From NCBI GenBank assembly GCA_949358305.1, contig OX442314.1, forward strand, positions 24,490,001-24,554,000: a stretch of 64,000 bases of DNA, read 5' to 3'. Shown one piece after another: positions 1 through 14,474 of this stretch. Position 1 is the first letter of the stretch; every line of letters starts with the position of its first letter. The notes under the pieces are model-generated. The model was not told the origin of the DNA and did not search any database. It was given only the letters and a program-made list of their open reading frames with translations. Source of the DNA: Strigamia acuminata (taxonomy: Eukaryota). The translations under genes were made by a program, and so were the position numbers.

Positions 1-3000
1 ATCATCACAGAATATGACACTACAATAACTTTTATGAATGAGCTTACTGCTGTTAATTCCTGAGTGAATACAATTAGTAACCTTTTCTAAGTGATTGAGT
101 CTCGTTAATAATTGTAGGATTGGGAGTATACGGCGGGGTGCGCTTTAGGTGTTAATCAGGAAGAAGAGTCGTCCGATGCGGGTTTGAAAGTCTCACAAGA
201 GATTAGACAAATTTACATGAATTTCGTTTGAAAATTTGGTTTGAATTAAAGTGTGATAATCTTAATCACGGTGATTAAATTTGAGGCAAGCTCGTTCTGA
301 TTTACATTCGAATTTGAATAAGTTTGCCGTTCAATTTTCGATACTTGGTCAATGTCAATTTGCGTGAGTGTGCGGATGTGCGCATGCGGTAAAATTGCAT
401 TTCATGGAATGTTTAAAAGTTTCAAAACCATTAATTATAATTTTACACAAGTGTGGTCATTCGTGTAATTTTTCACTCCCAATTTGGGTTGAAATAAAGT
501 TCCATCCTCATCTTAATTGAATCAGCAAATGTCCAAACGTTAACTGAGCAACGCTTCAAGATAACATTCATCGACGTTGTACTTATTTTCTAAATGATTA
601 ATTCCCTACACGATTTCCTCAGGATAAAAATTATTTGAAAACAAAATCAAACATTTTAATACTTCATAGAATAAATAAATGTATGTACGATGATGTACCA
701 ATGATTTTGGACAAGATTCAACACGATTTTCTTATTTTTGTTTTTAATTTTTTATGTACTGCATACATACATAAAATATATATATTTTTAATTCAATTTT
801 AAAGCAGAAACAAAACGGGGAAGAAAAAAAAAATGTTGAAACAGATGTTTTCAAAATTAGCAAACCCCAACAAAGACATCATTGCTCGACTAGGAGAACG
901 ACAATTTCGCTTCATAAAGCCAAATAAAAAGCAACTTAGCGGAAAAAGCAACTAGAAGGCAAGACAAATGGACAAGTAGACGATGCTCCTCCCTTAGAAA
1001 AGACTTTACTTTGGATGCGACTAAACGCACCGTGAGAATGTTTATGTATGAGCCGAGCACTTGGCTGGAAACAACGAGAATTGATGACGAGCAGCCCCTA
1101 GTTTCATACAAAACTTAACTCCCTAGGCCTGTATATTACCTTCTCTTGACACAAACATTTCCCTATTTCCACACACAATAACCTACCAATTCGCAGCAAA
1201 TCCAGCAATAAAACTCCTACCGCCGTTCTGATGTTTAAATAAACTAAAAACAAACGCATGTTTGATTCATACTGCACCAACACAGCGATAAACCATGATG
1301 CTTTACTTTGACAGCTGTAAATGTTGTTTATGGCGATCTTTATTGTTTATGCGAATTATTTATTACCGATAAATCAACTAGAATATTCCTTTCGTTTATT
1401 TGTCACGCCCTGCTTCATAAATTGTATCTGACTAATTAATTAAGAAAAAAATTCATTCTATCAATATTTGACTATGTTTCAACGAGATAAATTCGAGATT
1501 GATTCGTGATTCCACGAGCAGCGTGTTATTTGTTAAAAATTCCATTTCAATTTCTAAATTAAAATACAACCACAAACCCCGTATAAATTACCCAATAAAA
1601 TAGTGAGATGTTATTGCCAATCATTGCAGTCAGGATATATGTCAAAAATATCAATCACGGCACTCATGCATCATTCATAGTCAATCCATCACGCCGTCCA
1701 TTCCCAACATTTTCAATGAATACACATTTTATCCAGATTTATTTTATTCCTCCGTCTTTAAAACTTGATTCTAAAACTTACCACTTCATCCTATATCATC
1801 TTGCCAGAACATTTCCCAAACTTCTGCAACTCATATTACTCATGGATGAAGTCCAAATGCTCCGTGCAAAACGAAAATTCAACATCGCATTACGTTTTAT
1901 TTTAAATTCCATCCATAAAGTAACGCGTACAAGTCATTAATGCACTAAGTTTCATCACTCATTCTAAAAAGCTTTTTTAAATGCATTTAGATTACAATTT
2001 TGCACCTGCTATAATTACAAAGAGCCGCCGCCAAATTAAAGACGTTTGCACGCAATTAAATACCCTAGTGGACGTAAATTATAAAATTCTAATTATTTAG
2101 TCATAATCCTCTGTTAAGACTGTTGCCTAACAACGGTTATTAAACTCCATGATGAATGCTAATAGCCAATCTTTATGCTCCAAAGCACGTCTACACTTGA
2201 AGTATAAACACTTTTTCCAAATTATAGAACCGAAATAAAATATAAAAAATATAAAAAAATATAAAAAATAATCATTTTGCCACACATTTAAAAAAAATCA
2301 ATCCAAAATTCCCTTTGTGTGTTATCGTTTTCACGCCTTTACACAGAAAGAAAATCGATAAAAACAGATTACACCCAAACGGCTCAAATATATTGCTTAT
2401 ATATCTAATATAAGCAATAAGCAATCGATATTGTCGAGTAATATAGAATGCCGATATCGATTTAACATCAAATCCTATTTATACGAGACACGATTTGGGT
2501 ATTTGCGCTGCTGAGACAATTCCGTTGACTTTCTATTTTTTATTTTTTAAACAACGAAACGAAACGAAACGAAAGCCAATGCACGTGATCCATTCCCAAT
2601 GAAATGTTCGAAAGGTCATTGCGAAAACTGGCGTTTTACAAAGGCATTCACATTCCCTTTAATGTGTCATTTTATTATATTTTATTTTATTTTTGCATTT
2701 TGTTTGATCTAATTTTATAATATTTATTTCAACTCAACATTTCAACTTTCATACGAAGCCAGAGACTTTTGGAACTTCGATAACGCATCTAGAATCAACA
2801 GTCATATTTTTCAATTGCTCCAAATCATAAAATTCGCATCAAATAACGTCGGATTTTGAAATGCATCGAAAACGAGTTCGATCGCAATTGGACTCAGTCA
2901 TCGTTTGCATAATAACAAGCGATTTAGCCCATCGTTTCGGAGAATTAGCCGACCGCTATTCGTGGCACGCTAATTAATTTCGCAAGTTCAAATTAAGAGC

Positions 3001-4159
3001 GCAGCAATTATGTAAATTATTTTTTCCCCCGTCTTTCTCGAGCAGTTTGTATGTGTATGAAGCAAATTGAAGCGTTTGGTGTAGCGGTTCAGTGGCAGGT
3101 GTGGCACGACGAAGCCCGTTTCAAATGCTGATATTGTATTCAGTCTAACACATGAAGGCAACAGCTGTCGCGTATCGACTCATTCGTGCTATACACTTGT
3201 GCAGCTCATCTCTCAAACCACCAGCAAATTTTCATAATTCCTTGCAAAACTATACTAGTGGGCGATCGAGCGACGAGCGGGCCGTCGAAAATTCGCACCG
3301 GTCGGCCGTGGAGTGGTCGGGGGCAGAGACAAAGTGGACGAGGTCGACCCTCATAAACTCGATTAAGCAAAGTGCTTTAGAAGATTGTGCTCACTCGATT
3401 TATAATCCTCCGCAGCTGAAATCCAAATCGATCGATGCTTTTAATCCTTTGTTTACTCCCGGGAGTCCGCTGTTGGTTGCGCTCCTTCTCATCCTCGTTT
3501 TAAAGCAGGTGTGACTCGACTCAGAGCAGGGATATTAATCGACCCACACTCCGACACACATTCTCATTAATTCTCTCTTCACTTTACTTTTCTGATTAGT
3601 TAATTACATTCTACCACATCTGTCTCCCTCCGAAATGTGCTCAAACTACTAACAAATTGCCTCATAATAATTCAAATTCATCCTTTAGTCTGCAGATTTT
3701 CAATTTCGTCGTATTTATACTCGAAAATAATGCTTTTTTTGTCGGGAAAATGCGGGCCGGTGAAATTAGTTTGTATTTTAAAGATTTTAAAAATATTTAA
3801 TTTAAAGGTCATGTGCACTATACTTACCGGTATGTATACAGCCGTTTTCAAATCGTTAAAAAAAATTCTGTTTATACCGAATGGCCCAAATAAAAAATGT
3901 ATCTCTACATTATTAATCATTAGTTCTGGGCAGTGTTGTTTAATTAACGTTTATGGTGGAGTTTCTTCCACTCTTTCGTTTGGTGTTTAGTTTTTGACGA
4001 TCCGAGCTTTCGTTCTCGAGATATTTGCGATTTTAATCAATTTTTGTCCCAATTCGCAGTACAAGATCGCGCGAGATTTTGCTAGATTTTATGCCTTTAC
4101 TCACGGTTTAGAGATGAATACATCGCCTGTAAGCTGTATGAAGATTGGAAAGTTTGACC

Positions 4160-4207
4160 CATAGAGTAAATAATGTACATTCTTTAATGTACATTCTTTA
4201 CTCTATG
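4160..4207. mobile_element. Minimal P-superfamily-like DNA transposon remnant / excision footprint
   Basis: 48-bp quasi-palindrome CATAGAGTAAATAATGTACA...TGTACATTCTTTACTCTATG (20-bp arms, 1 mismatch), flanked by an exact 8-bp direct repeat GTTTGACC (4152-4159 and 4208-4215). CAT..ATG termini with an 8-bp TSD fit P-like elements. Confidence 0.6.
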
Positions 4208-4215
4208 GTTTGACC

Positions 4216-4523
4216 GTTCAACCTAACCTTCGCGGCAGCCATTTTGAATTTAGTTGTAAAAACCAAAACCCGACATAAACAGCAACATCAAGAACAATTC
4301 CAGCGTTGTTTTTGTTTTTGCAGTTTATAATGATGGTTTTTGGCCGTTTTTGACGTCCATTCCGTTTACAGAAGCTCCATAAACGATAAAAAGAGAAACA
4401 TTGAATGCACCTATTCGCAAACAACTTGAAAAACCACTGCAGTTATAATTTCTCTTTTTATCGCTAACCATTTTGCTTACCAAAACACTAAAAACAGCAA
4501 AAACAAAACCATCGCGAATGCAA
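4216..4523 (+). repeat. Dispersed repeat, copy A (unclassified, old; boundaries approximate)
   Basis: Diverged similarity (GGCAGCCATTTT.AATTT.GTTGTAAAAACCAAAACCC ... AGAAAC.TTGA.TGCACCTA) to the reverse complement of 20550-20750, with partial similarity at about 21365-21515. Confidence 0.55.
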
Positions 4524-7500
4524 CTAGGTAATATTTTCTTTCGAGTTGCTCAACATCGCGGAACTGATGTCACACGGTTCAAAATTCCCAGCTTTCTGCA
4601 TTTTAATTTTAATTATGATTTTTGGCGAAATTAGATCTGCGCGTTCCGCAGCTAAGCACGAGTTCCCGCGTTGCACCACATCCATGGCACTCCCAAGCAA
4701 CAAAATCGTATTCACAGTGATAATTGGCGGCAACATTAGTGCACTTGGTCTGTAAGTGTCTCATTTCCCACATCAACCCAACATAAAAATTCCAAAACGA
4801 ATTTCCAAATTATTTTATTCGAAAATTGACATTTTATGCGTCCAATAAAAGACGTTCGCAATGCCACATTTAAATAAAGAGTTTCGCCATCGATTGGAAC
4901 GGACACGTGTTACCGTGGACCCCAGGCAGTGCATTTCGTTCCCGTCCATTTTACCTATTATGAGCGTAAAAGGGTTTTCGATGTAGAATAAATGCAATAT
5001 TCTCCCGGACAGAAAAGATGAGCGGAGATGGGCGACGGGGAGAGAGAGAAAGGGCACTGATGGAAGCGACTCAACTTCAATACCATTTTCAAAAGCCTCG
5101 GCTCTTAAGTGCTGGCCGTTTATGGACGGGGGAAATGTCGACCCATGTCCAGCAGTCGAGTCCAAAGCCTGTCGTGACTCGGTAGACAGATAGAAATCTG
5201 AAACGGTTGCACGGGTGCACACAACAGGCGGCAATCGCTTTGGCCACAGCAAAGCACACGAGGGCCCGTTTTCGAAACGACGCGTGCACAAAACGCATTG
5301 CGTCGCTCTAATCTCTTCACAGAGACTCGTATAAAGTTAGTCGAATCTAAGCTGGATCTTTATTGGTCAATTTCAAACAAAAAAAAAAGAAAGGAAAAAG
5401 TATGGATGGCGACTTTCGACACAAACGTGGCGATTTACTATCACTAAGGTACCAACTTTTGTTTCGTGCTTAAAATTCTTCACGCTAAAATATTTGATCG
5501 TATTCACGCTTTTTTATCTGCGAGCTATATCGGTGGGCATCTTGCGTGAAAACGCGCTTTCGTGTGCAAATTCGCATGCAAATTGCACGTTATGTAAACA
5601 GTACTGGGAGAACGACAATACTGTTAAAGAGAGAGAAGAAAGTCGACTTGTCGTTTGATTTATTCTTTTCAATTCCTCCTGCTGATGCTAACTCGCAATT
5701 TAAATCCCTGCACTTTTAAGGCCCCTTCACTCCCACTCTGTGTGTAAATTTGTGTGCGAACAAAGTCCATTAAAACTTAAAAGTATTTAACATCATTTAC
5801 CAGGAATTCAAGAAGATAATTTTACTTTTTTCCATCCCCATTTTTTTTTTTTTTTTTTTTTTATCTTCAGCGCCAAGAGCTTTTTGGTGCGCTTCAAAAC
5901 GAATAAAATTAACTTCTCATTGGAATAACATGAAATGACAATTTTAAATCTTTTTTTTTTCTGCTTTAAATTGAAAGTGTTTGAAATCAATTTCGCCCAA
6001 TGGCTTCCCGCAGTTTGGTCACATCCAAACAATTATTTTTCTTTGCGAAAATAAAAATAAAAAAAGAATAAACCAAACAATTCTGATTAATTTTTGCACA
6101 CCCACTTAATGCATATAATATTTGTACAACTGAAAAATTGCATTTTGAAAATGCATTCATATTTAACAAATAATATTATTGGGAACACATTTAACAACGT
6201 ATTAAGCTTACCATTTTATAACCAATAGCATGCAAAAATGCATTACAAAATACATTACAATACAATTTCAATGTATTTTTGCACCACATGGAAGAAGAAA
6301 CAAAAATTCCTAATAATTACTTAATATTCATAAATTCCAAAGCCTACTTTGATTTTTTAGATTTTTCTTTCAACTCTTTGGTAAGTCAATTAATTATTTA
6401 AATTTTCAAAGAAGATTATGCAAGTCCATTTAAGAGATTTGATTTTTTTCGTTCGCTGTTCGCTAAATTTAAGAAGTTACTGTAAACACTTCTTGTTTTT
6501 AGCAAACAATTTCATGAATTTGCAACGATAATCTCAACGGGCCTTTCCAAACAAACCTGCAGTTAACAATAAAGAACTCTTAAAGTAGAGTGTCGAGCAG
6601 CAAAAAGGAATGGAGGTTTAAGGCAAAAGAGTGCAAGTGTGAAAACAATCCAGAGCCGAGTTGCCAGCTGCTGACACATCTACCGAGTCTGGTGGGAATA
6701 GTAGGCGAGGAAATATGCTGGCAGTTTGGGCACCCGCTCTGCGTGCTTTTGCTTCTCTTCTTATCGATCTTTTCTTTACTTGCTTCCTAATGTTAGCTTG
6801 GCTGCAAACGGCAGAAAGCAAGCCACTTTTCTGCATTTTCTTTCTCTCCCCATTCAATTCCCTGCATCTGTTTGCAAATTAGAGCCAATTCCTTCTCTTA
6901 AATTAATACTTTTCAATTATTTCTGCCTTTTTAAATCAACTCAAATAATTATTTAAAACAAAAAAAAAGATGGCAAAAGACGCTTTATTGGCGCCACAGA
7001 CTGCAGAGGTCATAAATTGTGAATAAAAATAAAAGTCAAAAATTATCGATCGACAGATTTTTGTAAAACTTTAGAAAAAAAAAAAAATTTCTTCTTTCTT
7101 TCGTTCACCAATTATGTCGTGTATGGATATAAATTATTAAAAGCAAATCGCTGCACATGTCTTTCACAATTTGCCTTCAATTTTTTAGATATGAAAAAGA
7201 GAGTCCCCACTGAGTATTATCTTTAACATGGTGAATTCAATTTAGAATATGTTTGAAAATTAATATAACTAAAAGAAGAAGAAAAAAATTATTTCAATTT
7301 TTAACTTCATGTATGACATCATGTACTATGTCATCGAGTTAGAGAAGAAATAAAAAAAATAACCGGTAATAATGTCGCAGATTTTTGTAATCAGTTAAGT
7401 TTGCCAGGTACTTAACACCTTTTAATGAATTAATTAGACAAGAACACGTCTGCAATGGGATGAAAAAGCATAAGAAGCAATCCGTGTTGAATAGTTTTGA

Positions 7501-8007
7501 GCAGCGACATTTCTATGCAAAGCATGCTCGGCATCAAATCTCGAGCTCTCTCGTCTTCTTGATTGCCTCCACATTATTTGCCATGCAAAATTCATGTTAA
7601 GCTCTGCGCTCTACCTAACTTGATTGATTGTAACTTGAAAAAATAGACAGGGGAAAAAAAGTAGTCTCTGTTGTGTTTACGTGTGAACCAAAAACTCCTA
7701 AAACTCAAATCTAACTGAGAAAGAAAAGAAAAAGTTTGAGTGAACCGTAAATCCATAAGCTTTAAAATTTAAAGCGAAGTGTCAATTTTTATTTATTTAC
7801 AACATGTTATACTTTTCAAATCTAGCCGTAAAAAAATCAGACCTGCATTATCTCAAACATTTACTGCCAAAATGATTAAAATTGTACGGCATGCCCTAAA
7901 TTGAAATTAAATTAAAGCAGACGATATCCAATACACGTTATGTATTTACCAATGTTGTATCTCGTTCACCAAATCGCAAACTAGTTCAAGTTCGCATTCA
8001 TCACCGT

Positions 8008-8442
8008 GTGAACTATAATCTTGTTCGACTCAAAAGGGTGGCCTTCTCCCATTGGCCGAGCCGCATTACTCCTAACTCCAGTCTGTATTACTACCACTAG
8101 GAGAAGTAGTTTTTATTTTTATTTATTTTTTAGATTATTATGACCATTTAAATTGATATAATTTTAATTGTATTTTATTAAAAAATGTTATTTCTATTTA
8201 GGAAATAAAGCTTTATGCACATATAAATGTAAAACTCATGTTTGTTCTGTTTAATGGTTTCTTTGTCTGGAAAGCAAACAATTTTGAAATTTTGGCTGTT
8301 ACCTGGGCAATCGATTACAATGTCCATACATTGTAATGCATTTCTGATGTTTGGGTCTATATTTTTGGATCACTACACCAGTGATACGGCTCGGCCAATG
8401 GGAGAAGACCACCCTTTTGAGTCGAACAAAAGTATAGTTCAC
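8008..8442. mobile_element. MITE-like element with ~63-bp terminal inverted repeats
   Basis: 8008-8070 (GTGAACTATAATCTTGTTCGACTCAAAAGGGTGGCC...) is the reverse complement of 8380-8442 with a few mismatches. It has an AT-rich interior and sits within GTTCAC/GTGAAC-rich repeat sequence. Confidence 0.65.
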
Positions 8443-8533
8443 GTTCACGTTCACTACACTTTTTTTCAAAGTGAACTAAGTTCAAGTTCACGAACTTGAA
8501 CCAATAGTTCAGTTCACTTTTCCAATTTTTTTT

Positions 8534-8584
8534 AAGTGAATTTTTTACTAATGTAAATTATTTACATTAGTAAAAAATTCACTT
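8534..8584. repeat. Perfect palindrome, 25-bp arms, 1-nt spacer
   Basis: AAGTGAATTTTTTACTAATGTAAAT-T-ATTTACATTAGTAAAAAATTCACTT. Confidence 0.9.
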
Positions 8585-11235
8585 TAAGTCTGTCTGTTTT
8601 CTCATACTTTCTACACAAAATCGATGTTCCTTGCCTTGCAAGTGTCAAATATCAATCCTTATCAAACTAACCCGTCTTCACGTTACTGTAACTACTATCT
8701 TTTAAACTCGGAAACTAAAAGCTGACAATTTGACACCTTAGTCTCCTTCCTCCTCGGAGCATGTTTGATAATTAATTAATAAGTATACTTTTATACGTGC
8801 TAACACATCTAAATGTGTAATGACTAGACCAGATGAAAATAAAATATGGAAATTTACTAAAGAAGCCCTATGAAAGACAATGGTAACTTCATGAGCCCAT
8901 TCATTACTTAATTGCTCCCCAAATTGAAAGGCTCAACACAAATTTGATCCTTAAATTAGAAATTTTAAACGAAATTTCTTGAAAATAAGACCAATATCGA
9001 ACAATGATGGAGAAACTGAGCCCTATTATTCAGAATTTACCCAATTTTTAATTTTCTTTTTCCAATTTTAATATCGGTTTACATGTTTTTGTTATCAATT
9101 CAAAAAAAAATTTTCTTGCAACTTGGAAACAAAACGGAATGTGATAGCTTCGAAAATATCATTGTTCCTGTTTAGAAATACGTCAGAATAGCTTTAAAAA
9201 CATCTAAATGTTGTGTTTCCAGCATAAAAATAAATTCCTCCATGTATTTGAATTGTGTCACCAATTAATGTAACATGTTTGCAAATACCTCGCGTCCAAA
9301 TGAGCATTAAATTCCGTGTCACATTCAATACATGTCAATACGACTAAATTTGATGGTCCAAAATTACAATTAACAAAATTGCAATAACACTGAATTGAAC
9401 CGAGCTTGAGTGAGCATTTAGTACGTTTTAAATCATAACTAATTACAACAGAAAAAAAAAAAAACACCTATAATAAATCCTTACAGCTTCTGCACCGAAA
9501 TCTCACGATGATTGATCAAAATGGAATTATCCAAGTAACCAGCTCAAGGTTCGAATCCACCGTATCCAAGATCCCTCGCGAGGATCTAAGCACCGAGCTC
9601 ACGTAACTTAATTTTTAATGAGGTGATCTGATACCTTGACTGCACCATGTTAATTAGATAATTGGCATTAGCAAACATTACAGAACTGGCGAATACAATA
9701 CGATAACAACACCCAATTTTGCTATTACGTTGTCAAAGTACAAAAACATAAAAGCCGTACTTCTTTTCGAACATTTTCTGGGTGTGGACAAACATTGTCA
9801 TCACATTGTCATTGTCAAGTATGTACACCCGAGAGAACTTTTTCTTGTTAAATAGTTATTTTTACGGTTTATTTTATTAGGAAACAAGATTAACACAGCA
9901 CAGCACTTGACTTTTAATGAACCATTAAGTTTTACACTAAAAAAAAAAAGAATTAGGAGTGCAGAAAAGCAATATCGATCTCGAATGACGATCTGTTCTT
10001 GGTTTGGAAGGACACACGCTCGGACAGAGCTAAGATTCAGTGATTTGAAGATGAGTTAGAGGAGATGGAGACGTCCTCGGACACAGACTCAGTTGTTGAA
10101 CGACTTAGATTACACGACTCGAAAAGATATATCGGTGCGCTCGGTTGTAGCATCGTTTAAAAAGTATAGTTTATTGTGGACCATCCTCCCATTATGGCTC
10201 CAAGTGCCATATATTTGGTCATGTAACGATTTTTTTTTCGTCCCTCTTCTCCTCTTTTATGTACAATTTCTTATCCTCAATTCGCCATAAAAATTACGAG
10301 TTTAATATCAAATTGCGGGACAAAATGGCGAATGTTTACGTCCTGTCGAGGAGATTCAAAAGGCTTTCGTAATCAAAGAGCAATGAAAAACGCGGATTGA
10401 GATTGCCATTTATTTATTTCCCTAAAACCCATATTTCTTGGCCTGAATGCAACAAACGTTCAATATACACTGTGCAGGAATACAGTAAAACCTGCTGATA
10501 CTTTTATTGTGCCTCCAACCGATAGGTTCAAATTCAGAACATGAAAAATACACCACCATCAAAAATATAAACGTTTGTGATTCCCAACAAAAGAAAAATG
10601 AAAAAAAAAGAAAAAAGACTTTTATCAATAGATTTTTTTTACCTCTCTAACAGTAGCTGGGGTCTTAGGAAGGCATTGTGGGAAACTGGCAAATCCACCA
10701 CGTAGACGGGGAGATTCAGAACAGGCGCTGTCATTGCTGTTTGCACCGTGCTTAGAATTTGGAATGAGTGGAATGCATCGCAAACACCGGCCCAAACACT
10801 TTACACGGCTAATAACACTACGTGTTGCAGCGTCAATTAAATACCGTAACCCCGTACGACTCGAGAAAGGATTTCGCCGCGAATTCCTGGATGATTATAA
10901 ATAGAATCAATATTTGTTTAGACAGTTTACGGCCATATTTAAAGCCACGCTGATTTCCTTTTATTTCTTCTTTTTATTCCCCATTCCATCCTCATCCTCT
11001 CAACTAACTGAAACAAACCAAAACCATCCAATCGGTATCCAAACAGTTCACCAGAACAGCGCTGGTACAGAGTTGCCCAGGAAATAGAAATCATACATTT
11101 AGGCTTAATAATACTTGTAAGCGGAAAAATAATCAATTTAGAGTATAGAGACTCTAAAAATAATACAGTAATACAAAAAAGAAAAAATGTTTGCCTCTGG
11201 TTGATTTTCAAAAATGGCATCCAAAAAAATACGTA

Positions 11236-11748
11236 CCGTATTTTCTCGATTAAGAGACGCCCTCGTTTAGTAGCCGCCCCTCAGAGAGGCGGTTTGAAAT
11301 AAAAGCCGCGTTTATAACCAAGAGCTTTTATAACCAAACAGGAAACGGTTAATGAAAAAAGTTAAAATTTTAATGAGAAAAACAAAATTTTAATGAATAA
11401 AGTAAAATTTCAATCAAAAAAATGGAAATTTTAATTTAAAAAATGGAAATTTCAATGGAAAAAGGTAAAATTTCAATAGAAAAAAGTAAAATTTTAATGG
11501 AAAAAGGTGAAATTTCAATGGAAAATGGTAAAATTTCAATGGAAAAAGGTAAAATTTCAATGGAAAAAGGTGAAATTAATGGTAAAAAGCGAAATTTCAA
11601 TAGAAAAAGATAAAATTTCAACAAAAAAAATTAAAATTTCAATCAAACTACGGTTAAAAATTGTAATAAAAGCCGCCCTCGATTAAAAGCCGCAGATCAG
11701 GATGCCCGTTTTGAATAAGAGCCGCGGCTCTTACTCGAAAAAATACGG
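11236..11748. mobile_element. Tc1/mariner superfamily (Tc2/pogo-like) MITE with internal 21-bp minisatellite
   Basis: TA|CCGTATTTTCTCGATTAAGAGACGC ... GCGGCTCTTACTCGAAAAAATACGG|TA gives a ~25-bp TIR with 3 mismatches and TA on both sides. Internal tandem repeat AAAATTTCAATGGAAAAAGGT at about 11360-11645. Confidence 0.75.
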
Positions 11749-14248
11749 TATTTATTTTCCAGCACCGCAAAAACATAAAAATTCACTCGTTTGAGCCGAA
11801 GGAACATTCCCGAGAGCAACATTTTTTTATGTACAGCGCATGCGACGGAATTATCATGAGATCCGAAATCTCCATTAAACCGGAAGTTGCCGCAGATTTT
11901 GCGGTACCAGATTTCACCGCCGTAAAATTTCCTGCCTATAAATCGAGTTCATGTAAACACAAACCATGCACAAATCTCTCCAAACTTCCGCTACACAAAA
12001 ATCTGCTACTTTTAAACCGAGCGGATTTTCTCAGCCGACGAAAACACAGCAACACTTCATTTTATATTCGTTGTCACACCGGATGTCCCAAAATTTCAAC
12101 AAAAAAAAAAAAAAAAAAAAAATTAACAATATCTCTAAAAACACGAAGCAAAATTAAAATTATACACTAACCTACGGCGTCCCCAATTCAAAAAAAGAAA
12201 ATTTCAAGAGCCGCTCAAAAATATGTGAGTTTAATGCATGTAACAGTGTTCTTCGCACCGCCTTTGGTATTCCCCGGCATACCCCCTGTGACCCCTTACT
12301 GTTTCCAAATATCGACTTCCTACTTTCAAAAACTTCTTGCTGATCTCAACTGCCTTAGTGATGCGATTCACAACCCAACCCATTCTTTCCACTTCATTCT
12401 CGAGTGTTTCCAGCCAGATATCACTGCATTATAAATTTCAAGAAGAAGAAGATACACCTTTGCAAATTAATATTCATGAAAGCTACTTCATCAAATTCTC
12501 TTTTCCCTATCATTGCGTCAACGTGAACAATCTCACTCACGACATCCGCAGAAATATTCCAACTCGTCTCGTTTCAGCGCGATTTAAATAAATAAATACC
12601 GCACCGTACACAAAATGGCGTATAAAAGACCCTCCATCCCTTCCTTCATTTGCATTTCCCATTACCAACCACTTATTTGCTATTTTATTCACATCTGATT
12701 CCCTTTGAAACGTTTTCCAATGATAACTTATCAAGGGCAGATTATCTCGATCTCATTTCCTTCGTGTGTACTTTCTCAACGTCCATGTTATTGTGAGAAG
12801 CTTTCGAAAAAAAAAAAATTTCTTCCCGAATTTTCAGCTTAAAATTAATGGAGTAAACTTGTCAAATGTTTATTCAAATAATGTTGTAACGGATGTAAAT
12901 AGACGCGTTTTGAATTACGCTGCGACAATGTTTAAGCTATTTCTTTCAAATTAAAGCCTATCTTAAATATATATTTAAAAATAGAAGAAAAAAAGTCGAC
13001 GTGGGAGTAAAAGAAAGGCAACGGATTAAGTCGATGCCTTCCATTTCATTGATGGATATTTATTAAAGATGATGAGATGTTTCAAGTGGTATGACGCGAA
13101 GATGGGCAAATACGATTTCGTCGGTGCATCTTTCGTTCTTACGATACAAACATTAGCATTTAGACAGGATTTTCACCTTTTTTGACACATATTGGGCTCA
13201 AAATCGATACGTGGCAATGCATCATTATGTGCACAAGCCATTTTGTCAGCAATGGTATTTTCGCATGCCGTTCACGTGTTGCGTAGATTCACTTTGCATT
13301 AACGTCTTTCTTTCTAGCCACGAGCGGTAGAAAATATTTCTCAACTATCACCAAACACACAAAAATAAATACATAAATATATAATTAAATAATTCTCCTC
13401 ATAAAATCCACCTTTCTTTTATCTCCCGTCCTCGTTCTTTAAGCCTTGCTTCTGATTTAATCTAGCTCACACATGTGTTAAAGTTGCAGTTTGTCGAATT
13501 GTATTAGTGGAGTGTAAGCCCTCTCATAATCCTTCTTCAGTCACAGTTTAAAAACCCATCTCACGTAGAAAAAAAAGATAATTTAATCCAGTGTGCAAAG
13601 CATTTAAATTAGTCATACGGAAAAAAAAGAAATGTAAAATAATCATCCTCCAAAAACCAGAATAACCCTAGAAAGCATTTAGATAATGCACACTTACTTC
13701 CTCTTTAATGCGTGTTTTATTATTACAATAGCGTTGTTTTTCTTTTTTTAAATTAAAATAATCAAATCAAAAACAAAGTTTTACATTCTCGACGACAAAT
13801 CACGTTGTAGATGAAAATTTAATAAGACAAGACGACCTCAAATACTAACTAGGCTTCATCATCATTATGGAGAATCAGAGGTTAAGGAATTGGAGAGAAT
13901 AAGTGGCGCCATCCAACTAACAACTGATCTTCCATTATACACGAAACAAACGAAAAATTCTTCTCTATTCAGTATTCACACATGTAAACAAAATGCAAAC
14001 ATCGACACCCTCATTCAACGCACCAGGCCTAAATATCTCATTAATCGTCGCCGTTAATTATTAAGTTTTTCAGTAATCGATGCACCAACAACACCTTGCA
14101 ATCACAACCCGACCCAAGAAAAACAAACATTCCTCGACCAAATCAGCCAGCTTAAAGGTGGAATTCAATAATACATTGCATTCCCCCACCCGTACGCAAC
14201 TCCAAGAATTTTTCTAAAAATAAAAAAAAAACAAAAACAAAAACTCAC

Positions 14249-14474
14249 CTGTGAAACGTGTAAATCGATCGCGAGTTGAAAACCGAAGATGATTGAGAAA
14301 CGCGTCGGTATATTACTCAAACCGAATACCGAATGATTGCCATCAGAGATCCGTGTCGATGACTCAAGCAGGAGCTAGCGAAGATGAAGTTGGCCTCCGC
14401 ATTCGTAGCCCCATTCTGACTGCGCTCCTCGGAGGCTGCGCCACATCTTCATCCTTTGGCGAAGTCCGCGACAT
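14249..14474 (-). other. Candidate non-coding (5'UTR or lncRNA) exon of a minus-strand host transcript
   Basis: Minus-strand acceptor GTCTCTCCGTTTACAG| and donor CAG|GTGAGT bracket a GC-richer 226-nt segment. All three frames contain stops. Confidence 0.35.

Noticed and set aside
11436..11624. Repetitive ORF (PFSIEIL)n
   Set aside because: Translation of the 21-bp minisatellite inside a MITE.
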